A DNA stretch of 64,000 nt from the NCBI GenBank assembly GCA_977017575.1, contig CDRNVI010000015.1:372001-436000 (forward strand), read 5' to 3'. Under the pieces are notes generated by a model. It was not told the origin of the DNA, searched no databases, and was given only the letters and a program-made list of their open reading frames with translations. Made by a program: the position numbers and the translations under genes. Origin of the DNA: Paramoeba atlantica (Eukaryota > Protista > Discosea). This document shows, in pieces, positions 32,801 through 42,790 of this stretch (the stretch's first letter is position 1; each line of letters starts with the position of its first letter).

Positions 32801-32975
32801 CACAAATTCCTCCGTATTTTGGCTAGAGATGCGGAACGCACCATCCCGTTTTTGTGACATATGGTATAGTGTAATTGGTATCAAGAACGCGGTACTGGAA
32901 TTCGTGCGGGGCTGTTTCGTCCATGCGGGTCGCTTTGTGACCTACTTACGATCCAATAGGTACTATCATCGATAG
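29814..32975 (+). CDS. CPA1 Na+/H+ antiporter (copy B)
   Basis: Protein identical to copy A; synonymous ACA/ACG (Thr) difference at 32480. Confidence 0.9.
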   Translation: MSAVDDVLASYIEPKPYLFLFIGTTLLVGACVKHFGIGSRIPYTIIMFILGALSGLLADFWSGFRPFVSSIEHIPPNYIFYIFFPVLIFEASFNSDIPVLRAMWKPVMLLAFPGVLLVTYLTAMILKFIMYPEWTWPTALLYGSILSATDPVATIAVLRELGADKYIRTLLDGESVLNDGCAILLYSIFLPSAVAGEWHMSVAGACAQFLKLLVGAILVGLLFGYVLVRWLQQAKENIVEITLTYIISVLAYFFADDICKVSGVFTLAVMGFCFAYRRYVIQPSNARTLNAIWDVLVHVANTVLFTMTGVLVTREGFQGMTGRDLGMCVFLYIVLQLTRGLMLLVAWPFLNFSRHVTWNEWVLLVHSGLRGAVALTLTLAVRHDHRLPKVVRHTFLFLTAGSVILTLLVNGLTVRPLLNWIGSQCGKGPNFAADRKELHYAAQDLVRTLDFKIYELGMNEMFQSTNVGFLRDEKNRLLRSFHPLLHEIPDVTVSKELDSARRIYMRVFESLLLDRDNQSLITCDAFHILLHGAQKSIEERRIMVLEDFIWTHSGLHVFYYLRSFIQRLVKDQRGSSLPSRLWLRFQLIMAYSMILPKLAHNFSLQNFIHPLVRSGLKQIVRSQLKRAEILVDSFKLQHPELSVKFHTLLAHRLMVHTASERLRVLQHRGTISIENYIAVETVLKNLPRTCGLCMDVTYSNIGAVLRQNKSLASLSEDELQILEEDAFIQCCESESPIPCIAGQLAFLISGKVRHSFTDVQLGEGMVFGESCTNLAKLFDLVPTNHMYVCHSDSVFLILTRKKICSFASSNKILSDSLLALEVLKCVLPCLSQSSPSINWNSEQRWLALRESVLYNVGDANSCLQFDLSTASFFLLCGRSACGYYGHDGTPIEIVMANRHPVTEHSSNFAEFLNFETFLTLEWEANSQFLIFPLDLKQNPLWGVTDSLRKVISVHQDAHMRNPFSEENMPRSEDISAVASLLMNNENAALDSEIIDHTNSSVFWLEMRNAPSRFCDIWYSVIGIKNAVLEFVRGCFVHAGRFVTYLRSNRYYHR

Positions 32976-33183
32976 ATAGCAGATACCCCTATAATTCTCA
33001 CCCCTTTTGTCTTCAGTTCTTCCCGTTTTGTTAGTCGTCGTGTTTCACTTTACCTCAGAAGTAAATTGTAGAAGCAAACAACTTCATGTGCATTTATCTT
33101 GCTTCTTCTTTGTCCTTAACTTACACTTTCTTAGTTCTCAATTGATACTCACAAGAGCATCACGTACATGTATTTCTTACCCA

Positions 33184-34521
33184 ATGCTTACCAGTACGTC
33201 CCATACAAGAATCTCCGTCGCCTCTCCTATCCTTCATCCACGAGATGCACAAGTTAGTGACCGTAACTCCGGGAAGATATCGTCTTACACAACTCCGGTC
33301 CCATCGGATGCGCAGCTTATTCGCAAAGAGGAGGAAGGTGGGATGGAGGTAATCATGTATCTACAGTACGTGGGCGGACGCGCGAACGTTTCAGATGTAG
33401 AGCAAAATGTTCGTTGGATTGAGAAGTTCGACTCTTCATGCGGGACACTCTTAAAATTTCTGGAGCAACGTCCTCACATATTTGCGCTCTCTGCTGACAA
33501 CGAAATGGTTACGGCCATTAGTCGCAGCATAAATCCAGAGACAACGAAACGTGCCCCGCTTCCCCGAGACAAATCACGACAAAGACAGACTCCTGCAGCT
33601 CACGGAAAAGTGGGATCGATGTGTGTTGCCGCATCGATTGATTTGGAAGAACTTCAACGGAGGTTCAAGCGCCTGGATTATTCTAGTGTTCTTGCAACCA
33701 AAGTGCTACATGTTACAAACAGAGGTCCGACCTCGAACAGTGTTGACTTGCAAGGAAATCAAGACAAGTTTGATCTGTTCGTTTTCTCGTACGGGTCGCT
33801 TGTGTGGTGGGGTACTGATATAAGCTCCTTTCGTATGATTGAAAATGATTTTTTACGGCGAGGTACCGCACTAGAACATGTAATAAAGGATCGATATAGG
33901 CAGTCCTGTCTAGAAGATTTGTTTCCCTTCTGGTGTACATTTGCTGTTGCTTCTGAGGATGATATCATGCAAAACGGGAGATTTCTTGAGGCGCTTCAGC
34001 GTGATCACATACTCCTGACGTCCGACAGTCCTCCTTATAAGCAAGCAATTAGTCATGCACTCGCTCAAAGCGCCAAATTAGATGTCGTCGAACCCATGAT
34101 ACTGGAACTTTTGCGAATATGTAAACCTCTTCCATTGCAAATTCGTGATCAAGGCCATGCCAATATTTCGCATACACGTGTTAATCAATTAAAAGGGGAG
34201 CTTTTCTTATATCGCATGGAGCTAAGAAGTGATAGCGAGCTGCTGGAAGAACCAGAATTTTTTTGGGAACTTCCATGGTTTAAGCCTGGATTCAAAATGG
34301 TGCGTGATGACTATGGTATTGACAGTCGCGTAATGCAACTAGATGAGAAACTCTCTGCCGCTCAATTGACGCTTTCAATGATTGGAGAGCAATTCGATGA
34401 AGAGCACGGCCGTCGCTTGGAATGGATTATCATCGTACTTATTCTTATTGAAGTAGTGATTGCTGTCATTGAACTTCTTTTGGAGGTCGGACTTGGATTT
34501 TCGCTACCTTATTCAGCCTAG
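33184..34521 (+). CDS. RMD1/DUF155 paralogue 2 (copy B)
   Basis: Protein identical to copy A. Confidence 0.88.
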   Translation: MLTSTSHTRISVASPILHPRDAQVSDRNSGKISSYTTPVPSDAQLIRKEEEGGMEVIMYLQYVGGRANVSDVEQNVRWIEKFDSSCGTLLKFLEQRPHIFALSADNEMVTAISRSINPETTKRAPLPRDKSRQRQTPAAHGKVGSMCVAASIDLEELQRRFKRLDYSSVLATKVLHVTNRGPTSNSVDLQGNQDKFDLFVFSYGSLVWWGTDISSFRMIENDFLRRGTALEHVIKDRYRQSCLEDLFPFWCTFAVASEDDIMQNGRFLEALQRDHILLTSDSPPYKQAISHALAQSAKLDVVEPMILELLRICKPLPLQIRDQGHANISHTRVNQLKGELFLYRMELRSDSELLEEPEFFWELPWFKPGFKMVRDDYGIDSRVMQLDEKLSAAQLTLSMIGEQFDEEHGRRLEWIIIVLILIEVVIAVIELLLEVGLGFSLPYSA

Positions 34522-34720
34522 TTTTTGCACTCAATAAGCTTCAAGATTCATCGGTATGTACTTTTGATTAATCGTAGGTTTCGACTCACGATCCTGATTT
34601 AAGTTTCTGATTCGAATTCATTAAGAGATTTTTTTCTCGTAAAATTTGCAAGCAATGTAAGGTACATGTAGGTAAATATTAACAGCATTTTCGTTTCAAG
34701 TCATAATTTTATTTTATTAA

Positions 34721-36418
34721 ATGAAAGGTAAGAAACGAAAAGTACAGGATTTTTCTATTAAAAGGCGTGACGTTGCTCGACGCAAAGCGCAGCGTAGTGT
34801 ACAGTGCTTCGACGAAAGATCTCAACGCCAGGCACCTCGAAGATCAGAAATGCTCAATAAATGGAGCAACACTAGTACCCGCTCTTCGCGTTTTCGGTTA
34901 AACTCGGCTTCTTTTGAAACAACTGATCATTCTGTGGGCAGCCTTCTTGGGCAAAGTTCAGAGCTACAAGACATGCTCCATATTGCGACGGGTCAGAAGC
35001 CTCTTGATGAAAATGTCAAAGATGTTCGAAGCGTACAAGACTATCAAAATAGACGAAGGAAAAAGCAACAAGAACGAAAGCGAGTAGAGCGAGAAATACA
35101 CTCCCTTGATCAAGAATGGGAGCAACTAGCTCCTCTGATGATGCGCAATGAAGAAAAGCACTCGGCTAAACAAACAACATCGGAACATGACAGTGTAGTG
35201 CGTAATTTATCCATCGGATCATCTAACTTGCCTATTAAGAAGAAAGCGATTTACAGTACATCATACAAAAAACCAACTTCCGCTCAGCAACAATGCCCGC
35301 AAAATGAATTACGCGAACAATTATTCTGCAAAAACAAGATTCCATCTGAGGAAACTTGCATAGCATATCACACTTTTGTCTCTGGCGTTTTGCAAAGTGC
35401 TGCTAGAGTCGAAAAGGACAGCATCTCTGAGTCTTACTTTAAAAATGGGGCAAAGCTTTTGTCGGAATTTTCTTCTGATGCAGACCTTGCACTACAGCAG
35501 CGTAGCGTAGTTATTATACGCGTATTAGCAAGAGATTGTTTCCCTTTGCGTGCAGCTTGTGTCATAGTTAGTCTAAACATGCTGAATCAAATAAATCAAC
35601 GTTTTCTACCTTATTCCGCTTCAATGTGTTCAAATGGCGCCCTGTGCGAGCGCTGTTTCAAGTTGGTTGTATGTAGCCCACAGTACCTAGAATATATGAG
35701 AGTTGGACTTCTTTATTGCTCTCTCTTGCGTCATCTCTATGTGATAGCACTCCAAGAATTTGACGCATTGCTTCCTTTAACACATCATGATGCACTGAGC
35801 CATACATCTCCGCTTTGGTCATCTCAAAGCATTTCGGAGCCCCTGGTATTCTTGCGCACGTTCTTCATGGCAACTCAATTGTGTGAACAAGCAGAAGGAG
35901 GGTATTACAAGAATCAAGAGTGTGACTTACAATTTCTCTCGCACAAAGGTATTTTTTTGTCTTTTCGTACCTTGGGGCACTCCTTAAATGAGTTCTTTCT
36001 TGGAAAAACTGCTTCAGTCCCGGAAAATCTTTCGAATGCACAGATCGATATGACTTCACACTTACCACATGTATGTACGTCGATTGAAGGAGAGTCCAAT
36101 TTAAGCTTCATGATCCAACGCCCCCAAGCACTGGTACAGTATGCTCCTCGCACACAATTCTGTGAAGAATTTGGTTTGAATGAGTCCTGCGAAAAGAGTA
36201 AGAAAAAGAGGCTGCGTAAAGGTATGAAACGGTATCGTCAGGAGCATCGCGTATTAGCGCACCTTACCCGGACGACCTACGAGGAGAAACGTCAAATCGA
36301 GGAGGATAACCGAGATAAAAAATACAAGGAGATTCTTTCTGAGCTTCAACAACAGCAGCATGTACTAAAAACTATCGACTTGCACAAAGCTCTGGCCAAA
36401 AAGAAAAAGAATAAATAG
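34721..36418 (+). CDS. NOP14: NOP14-like protein (copy B)
   Basis: Protein identical to copy A. Confidence 0.6.
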   Translation: MKGKKRKVQDFSIKRRDVARRKAQRSVQCFDERSQRQAPRRSEMLNKWSNTSTRSSRFRLNSASFETTDHSVGSLLGQSSELQDMLHIATGQKPLDENVKDVRSVQDYQNRRRKKQQERKRVEREIHSLDQEWEQLAPLMMRNEEKHSAKQTTSEHDSVVRNLSIGSSNLPIKKKAIYSTSYKKPTSAQQQCPQNELREQLFCKNKIPSEETCIAYHTFVSGVLQSAARVEKDSISESYFKNGAKLLSEFSSDADLALQQRSVVIIRVLARDCFPLRAACVIVSLNMLNQINQRFLPYSASMCSNGALCERCFKLVVCSPQYLEYMRVGLLYCSLLRHLYVIALQEFDALLPLTHHDALSHTSPLWSSQSISEPLVFLRTFFMATQLCEQAEGGYYKNQECDLQFLSHKGIFLSFRTLGHSLNEFFLGKTASVPENLSNAQIDMTSHLPHVCTSIEGESNLSFMIQRPQALVQYAPRTQFCEEFGLNESCEKSKKKRLRKGMKRYRQEHRVLAHLTRTTYEEKRQIEEDNRDKKYKEILSELQQQQHVLKTIDLHKALAKKKKNK

Positions 36419-36748
36419 TAATTCGGTTTTTTTTCTTTGAGACTAGTGATGCGGATTCAAATGGTCGGCGAATGCATCGATCGCCTGGGCTCATGAAGAG
36501 GGAAATGTGACATTTCAAATGTCTTTCATGCAATTTTATGGCTATAATGGCGAAACTAATTTTCTTGTTGGGGGTATCTAAGGCTTGTGAATGCCGTCGA
36601 ATGTACTCACAAAAAATCACCCTATAAATTAACATGTAAGCTGCTCGGTTCCTCTTTATATCACAATTGAAATTACCGCTATGGCTTCTTACTGATCCCT
36701 CTATTTTTTTACTGGCCTTCCTATAAGAATTTTGAAATACTGCTATCA

Positions 36749-39700
36749 ATGGTTTCCGTTCATTCATACAATGAGACTGAAAAGTCACACTTTGAGGAAC
36801 TTGAAGCAGCCACACAATTGTGTGAGTGCTATGACTCATATGCGGAAGATTGCAATCCCACTTCTGACAATTGGAAAGAGGCTGTGTCTAGTGCAATACG
36901 CCTTCACAATATTCTTGATTCCTATCTAGAGTTTCCTACCTTAATTATTCCTCATTTGGACTCTTTGTTAAACCCTTTAATTAGTTCTTTAGAAAAAACT
37001 TGCTTATTTCGGGAAACATTGAGTTCGTCCGTGCAATTTACGCAAAACGATGTCCTAGATCTTCATGAAATGCCGGAGGTTCAGCGCCCTGTAAGTACTG
37101 GAATTCATTGTCAAAGTATTGTTTCAGGATTTGATGTAGATCGGATTCGATCCATGGAACATCTAATTTCCTACCTGTTATATTCTCATGTACGAATCGT
37201 GGGACTTAAACACGTAATTACACGCTTCCCACACTCTACAGCAAATCTTTTACCCGTGTACTCGGCCTTACAAAGGTGGACAAGGATAACTCAAAACTGG
37301 TCAGATTGGGAAATTTCATTCGTTCTTCTTTTGTGGCTTTCTAATGTAATAACCACGCCTTTCCCTCTTGAAAGCTTTCAAGATAATATAGTTCATCATT
37401 TGGTTCATATTGGCGAAACATTTCTTGCTCAACCCGGTCGACTTCAAGAGGCTGCTGTGTGTTTTTTATCAGCCATAACATGTAGACCAGATGCAATAAC
37501 TGAGTGTGGTTCTGTAGTAAACTCTTTATGCACTCAAATTCTTCGAATAGGTGAACCTAGTGCGAATTTGCTTGTATATCAAACAGGCGCTTTGCGCTTA
37601 CTCAGTTCTTTGTGTAAGAAATTATGTCGCAATGGCATTGCCCGGCATATTCCACTGCTTTGGAAAACTATATCATGCATTATTGAACAGAGGGGAGTCA
37701 AGTTTTCGTTTTACAAAGGAGAAGTAAAGCTGGTTCAACGCGTTGTTCTCTTACATAGACCGGAAAATTCACTCACACACAACGATTGCTACATGAACAC
37801 ACAAAACGAAATCACTGAGTTCGGGAAAACCTCTGGAAATTCTAATACCTTTCGCAACATTCTCGGTCAAGATGTTGAGAAAGGTGTTAACTATCTTATA
37901 CGTGCACTTTGCTGTCGAGATACTGCAATCAGATGGAGCGCAGCCAAGGGCTTATCGTCGATTGCTTGTAGATTTTCAACTTTAATCTCGCGAGAAATAC
38001 TAAGAGCTTGCACTGATTTATTAGAAGACAAAGAAAATGATGTTGCTTGGCATGGCGTTTTCTTAGCCTTATCTGAATGTATCAGAAAGGGTTGCTTTGA
38101 GCCCGGAGACATTAAGGAACTCCTTTCTTATTTCCGTTTTGCGTTGTCATATGACATTCCTCGTGGCGCTCATAGCGTAGGAACTCATGTTCGTGATGCC
38201 GCATGCTACTGGTTTTGGTGTGTAAGTCGTACAATATCGTCTTCTGCTCTACACCAAATTCTCGCCAGCGTTGCTCCTGACATATTGTTCCGGTCCTGCT
38301 ATGACAGAGAGGTTAACGTCCGACGCGCAGCAGCAGCCGCGTTTCAGGAAGCTGTAGGTCGCACTACGGAGTTTCCACTTGGAATAGAAATGATAACTAT
38401 GTCTAATTTTTTCACAGTGGCCCGTCGCAGTGATGCTTTTCTTGATGTTGCACCAAAACTGGCCTCATTGTCCGCAGAACTGGGCCTTCATTTCTTGTCC
38501 CAATTGATTCAAAAGAGCATTGGTCACTGGGATATAGAGTTTCGAGAACTTGCTGCCAAAGGTATAGGGGTACTCGGAAACATTTACAGGGAAATGATCA
38601 CAGCACAGTTTCCGCTACTATTGGAAAAATGTAGTAATCCGAATGCCTCTACTAAACATGGTGCACTCATGGCTCTTAGCTGTGTCATATCTTCGGAAGT
38701 CTTTTCAGAAGCAGCACTCAATGAAGTAGCGTACTCCTCTAATAAAATAACTGAGCCGGTTCTTGGTCATTTAAATATTTCTGATACCCTTACTATGCAA
38801 ATTGGACATTTAGTACCACAGTTGCAGAAAAGTCATTCGTTTCGCAGTCGCCACGGCGAGCTGGTACGTATTGCCTCATGTGAGCTCGTAAAAAGTATCG
38901 CCTGTTCTAAATTACTCTTAACTCACATAGCATTTCTTAGGCCTCACTCAGGAACGAACCTGACCCTAGAAGTTCAAATTACGAAATCTTATCTGAATTT
39001 TCTGGAGGATTGTGCAACCCACCTGCTGGAAAGTGTCCGAAGTGCAGGAGCAGTCGCATTATACAACTTTCTTATGATATACTGTCCATACATTAACTTA
39101 AAAGAATTAGTAGCTTGGGTGGATCGAATATTGGAGAAAAAGATCGCACAGTTACCAGTAAATGAGAGACGTGGTGTTTGTCATATTGTGGGCTCTCTCC
39201 CTTATGCCATGTTGCAGATTGAAAATACAGTTGAAAAAATTATTAGTGCTCTTTGTATTGCGGCGAAAATAGAACGCGATATTGCACTTCGCGATCCAGA
39301 AACAAGACAAGCAGGCATACAGGCCTTAGGTAATATTGCTAAAAGTAGCTTCTCTCTCGTCCTGAAAGGCGGACTATTAGAACCGATTTTTACGACCCTA
39401 ACGGCGTCTATTCAAGACTATTCAGTGGATCGCCGTGGAGACATCGGTTCCAATATACGTCGAGCTTCAATAAAATCAGGTGGTAAAATCTTAAGTGCGC
39501 TTCTTTATCAGGAAAAGGTATCTGATCAGGTTTACCGCGAGACTTCAAAAGTGTTTTTATGGTATACACAAAGTTGTTTACTCATGTGTCACGAAAAATT
39601 GGATCGGCTTCGAGAATTTGCAGCGAACTCCTTTTTTACTTTGTTAGAAGACCTTTCAAAGCGATACCAAATCAGATATCTTTCACTTTTTAAAGAAAAC

Positions 39701-40531
39701 GATCTTCGCGTGACTTCCGTAGATACAATGCGTCGAGATATACTACAGCATTCTTTGTGTAATGGAAGCGCTGATTGGTCTTCACCAAAGCTTTTCGACA
39801 TATTTCTTTCACAATCACTTCCAGAGGATAAATGGCGCATTCACGTTCTGCGAGGCCTAGTGACTAGCCTCAACACCTGTGACATGCACGTGTCTCAGCC
39901 AGCAAGAGAAGCTCTCATGCAGTACATAAATACCTCTGCATCTCACACCTTTCAAGTGTGCGACTCTCTCATGCAGATTTTAAATGACGAATCGGCACCA
40001 TGGCGCATCATACTACCTTTATGCAGAACTTTTGCGTTCCTTCTGGAAAATGGAAAACTGCCAGAACAATATTTCTTATCTCTAGCGCATTGGATACGAG
40101 ACAATATGAACTTAATTAGCTCCAATTATCACCGCCTAAATTCGTTCGTGGAGTTGGTTTCAGAACTCTCCGTTGTTCAAGAGAATGAAGTGACCCAGTT
40201 GTCATTGGCTATTGCTACATGTTGGATTACTCAAAGTAAATATCCGAAAATTCGTGGGAAGATGGCAGTCCATTTATTTAATTCTATTGTGGCGCAGAAT
40301 GGCTTTGCAACACCTGACAGCACGCTAGGCACATCGAGCAAAAATCACTCTAAGTTGGTTTCAATATTGACCTCTGAGTCATGGGATGATTCATTGTCCG
40401 AAATATATCTTTTGGATACGCGAAAACAGATGCAGATTTTACTGGGCACATCCCTTGAATGCACTAACGATATTTACGAGAGTTTTGGAAGGCTTGAAAC
40501 GGATAAAAATCCTAGCAGAATGAGTATCTAA
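36749..40531 (+). CDS. TBCD: Tubulin-specific chaperone D (full length)
   Basis: ILDSYLEFP.L..PHL, FVLLLWLS, DTAIRWSAAKG, WHGVFLALSE, GTHVRDAACY, DREVNVRRAAAAAFQEAVGR, DYSVDRRGDIGS.IR, EKLDRLR. Confidence 0.95.
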   Translation: MVSVHSYNETEKSHFEELEAATQLCECYDSYAEDCNPTSDNWKEAVSSAIRLHNILDSYLEFPTLIIPHLDSLLNPLISSLEKTCLFRETLSSSVQFTQNDVLDLHEMPEVQRPVSTGIHCQSIVSGFDVDRIRSMEHLISYLLYSHVRIVGLKHVITRFPHSTANLLPVYSALQRWTRITQNWSDWEISFVLLLWLSNVITTPFPLESFQDNIVHHLVHIGETFLAQPGRLQEAAVCFLSAITCRPDAITECGSVVNSLCTQILRIGEPSANLLVYQTGALRLLSSLCKKLCRNGIARHIPLLWKTISCIIEQRGVKFSFYKGEVKLVQRVVLLHRPENSLTHNDCYMNTQNEITEFGKTSGNSNTFRNILGQDVEKGVNYLIRALCCRDTAIRWSAAKGLSSIACRFSTLISREILRACTDLLEDKENDVAWHGVFLALSECIRKGCFEPGDIKELLSYFRFALSYDIPRGAHSVGTHVRDAACYWFWCVSRTISSSALHQILASVAPDILFRSCYDREVNVRRAAAAAFQEAVGRTTEFPLGIEMITMSNFFTVARRSDAFLDVAPKLASLSAELGLHFLSQLIQKSIGHWDIEFRELAAKGIGVLGNIYREMITAQFPLLLEKCSNPNASTKHGALMALSCVISSEVFSEAALNEVAYSSNKITEPVLGHLNISDTLTMQIGHLVPQLQKSHSFRSRHGELVRIASCELVKSIACSKLLLTHIAFLRPHSGTNLTLEVQITKSYLNFLEDCATHLLESVRSAGAVALYNFLMIYCPYINLKELVAWVDRILEKKIAQLPVNERRGVCHIVGSLPYAMLQIENTVEKIISALCIAAKIERDIALRDPETRQAGIQALGNIAKSSFSLVLKGGLLEPIFTTLTASIQDYSVDRRGDIGSNIRRASIKSGGKILSALLYQEKVSDQVYRETSKVFLWYTQSCLLMCHEKLDRLREFAANSFFTLLEDLSKRYQIRYLSLFKENDLRVTSVDTMRRDILQHSLCNGSADWSSPKLFDIFLSQSLPEDKWRIHVLRGLVTSLNTCDMHVSQPAREALMQYINTSASHTFQVCDSLMQILNDESAPWRIILPLCRTFAFLLENGKLPEQYFLSLAHWIRDNMNLISSNYHRLNSFVELVSELSVVQENEVTQLSLAIATCWITQSKYPKIRGKMAVHLFNSIVAQNGFATPDSTLGTSSKNHSKLVSILTSESWDDSLSEIYLLDTRKQMQILLGTSLECTNDIYESFGRLETDKNPSRMSI

Positions 40532-40806
40532 ATGCGTGCTGCACGGCGGCAAACGTTGATCAATACCATGTTACATGATCATGTATCTAGAAATCGTAAT
40601 AACCTTAAATCCTCTTGCCGAACTTGCTCGACCAAGGCATGCGCTGGGTGTGGATTCCTATAAAATGTTGGCATGGGCTGTATCAAATCTATAAGGGTCT
40701 GCGGTTGGGTGTGGACCGAAGCCACACTAAAATTTTACCCGTAACCCCTCACATGCAGTAATGAAAATCATTATGTTGAACTAAAACTTGGTACACTTGT
40801 ACTTGT

Positions 40807-41853
40807 ATGTTCTCTATTACTTTCTGGGATCTAATTTATAAGAATGTGTCAGATTTTCTATTTTACGCGTCTTATTTATACATGTACGAAGACACAGACC
40901 TTGATCTGCTTGATCCAGTTCTTGGCTTTCCATCACAAAGCTCATTGTCCAGAGAGACACCTCGAATCCCTACTCGACCTTTTGAGGATGCCACATCTTA
41001 CAGTTCATCATGTGCCTCACCTCCGGTCTCGGCTCGCACCTCCCGTAAAAGGGGTCAAACCTCAGAAGTTCTCAGTGCGAGCAGTGATTGGATACGGCAA
41101 CGCAAACCAACCCCTGAGCTTTCCCTGCGAGCAGGCTACCTGAAACTCCTTCCCGAGGACCAATCTTCACCTCCACACCCGGAGGACTCGCTTACGCAAG
41201 TATCGGATTCCTGTGACCGAGTGGACTCCGAGACGGGGACAGTGCCAGACGAGCCTTCGCGCACTCCTTTTCACATCCTCGATTACCTCCCACAGTGTCC
41301 CAATCCCCACGCCACCCCTGTGATCTACAACTCGATATGCTTTGCTCGGCTCCCGTGCAGCATTGACCTGAAGACACTTTGCTGCCGGTGTCGTAACGTG
41401 GACTACAACCCGACGGTGAGCTCCACCGCAGAGATGACACTCAGTGAGCCCCGTGCCAGTGTGTTTTGTCACGCCAACGGGACGCTGCGGGTTATGGGAT
41501 GCCGCACCTCCGTGGCCGCCCGACTCGCGGCAAAGCGAGCGGCTAAGATTATTCGTGAAGTCTTTCAGATCGAATTTCACGAATTCTCCTTTTCCCCCAG
41601 TAATTTAATGGCACAGGCGGATATTGGGGTCCCGATACGACTTGCGGAGATCGCAGAGGCGCATCCCACTGCATGTATGTATGAGCCACTTATTTATTCA
41701 GGATGCGTTATGAAATTTGAGAATGGGGTTAGGATATTATTGTATGTGACGGGAAAGATGGTGCTTACAGGGGCACGGGATATGGAGGAATTACGGCGCG
41801 CGTTTCGTGCATTCGTAACTTATGTAGCTCCTTATGCAAAGAAGCTGTCCTGA
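40807..41853 (+). CDS. TBP: Divergent TATA-binding protein (TBP/TRF4-like) with long N-terminal extension; start could be 40882
   Basis: Two TBP repeats: YNPTVSS.AEMTLSEPRASVFCHANG.L...G and YEPLIYSG.VM......ILLYVTGKMVLTGAR. Confidence 0.85.
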   Translation: MFSITFWDLIYKNVSDFLFYASYLYMYEDTDLDLLDPVLGFPSQSSLSRETPRIPTRPFEDATSYSSSCASPPVSARTSRKRGQTSEVLSASSDWIRQRKPTPELSLRAGYLKLLPEDQSSPPHPEDSLTQVSDSCDRVDSETGTVPDEPSRTPFHILDYLPQCPNPHATPVIYNSICFARLPCSIDLKTLCCRCRNVDYNPTVSSTAEMTLSEPRASVFCHANGTLRVMGCRTSVAARLAAKRAAKIIREVFQIEFHEFSFSPSNLMAQADIGVPIRLAEIAEAHPTACMYEPLIYSGCVMKFENGVRILLYVTGKMVLTGARDMEELRRAFRAFVTYVAPYAKKLS

Positions 41854-42189
41854 CATAATTCTAAGTTGCGCAAGATTCCCCGATTTACTACTTTTTAATA
41901 AGCAACGGCTGCTTTTTTCGCTCCAAAACATATGGCTAAAGCGCGGAGTAGCCACTAGAAAAAAAAGAAAGAATATTTTACGTGAAGCAAGAAGATAGTG
42001 GATAAAACATTCTTAGACGATGGAATTTAATCTGTATCTCAGATTGAGATTCTCGATAATCATATACCTGAGATTTACAGTGTATGTGGGCGTGTGTGTG
42101 TATGTGTAGACTACACAGTTCGTTCCATTACACGATAAAGATACACTTTATGTACCTTGTTGGTACTTTTTACTAGCTCTTCTTTCTCC

Positions 42190-42790
42190 CCGGAAACGGG
42201 TATGTATACTTTGCTCACACATGCCCGTTTCCGGAACCCGCCTTCGCCGCCAAAGCTGTCCCTCTTTTTTTCGTTGGAGTAGGGGCCGCCTACTCGCACT
42301 CCCTGTGCAGCCGGTCATTCCCGGCCGAACACGCCCGCTAGGACGACGCCAGGAAGCTTAACCCCTTTCTGCAGTGAACTCCTGGTGCTCCGCCTTCCGG
42401 CTTTTCTCCTTTTCCGCCTCGCCTCTCCGGAAGGATACGCGCCTTGGGCCCTTAATACAGTAAGCTCGGGGCGTCGCTTTCCCTCTTGACGGAACGTTCC
42501 TCTCTCTGCGGTCTGCGCCGATGACGGGTTTAACCGCCAAATTGTCGGATCCCCGCGAGCTCTGCGGGTATGCTGAACGGTTGGGGTCCGTTCCCTCTCC
42601 TTCCCCTACAGAGCGGCAGGCGAAACCCCCCGTCCGAACAACGACCCGTTAGTTTCGGGTCCCTAATGGCATTCCTCCATGGGATGTGGCCAGACGGTGT
42701 CTCTCTCCACGTTGTTTGGGTCTGCGTGTAGGCCCCCCGTAAGAAGACGCCGGTTTTTCTCTAGTCGTACGCCAAGCCAGGACGGCGTAT
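42190..42790. ncRNA. Candidate structured non-coding RNA/element (family and strand unidentified)
   Basis: GC-rich island in an AT-rich intergenic region, no long ORF, at least 8 hairpins (see finding). Confidence 0.4.

Larger units (their letters stand above)
19266..36995. repeat. Copy B of the tandem segmental duplication
   Basis: Matches 1-17730 at offset 19265. Confidence 0.97.

Noticed and set aside
40532-40663. 43-aa Cys-containing ORF in frame directly after the TBCD stop
   Set aside because: Short, no room for a splice acceptor, no recognisable fold; readthrough is unsupported.
42647-42654. AACTAACG on the minus strand, as at the start of the trypanosome spliced leader
   Set aside because: Only 8 nt match; the rest of the SL exon and the GT donor are absent.
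42661-42666. CCCTAA as a telomerase template
   Set aside because: Only one repeat, with no alignment region; not enough to call telomerase RNA.
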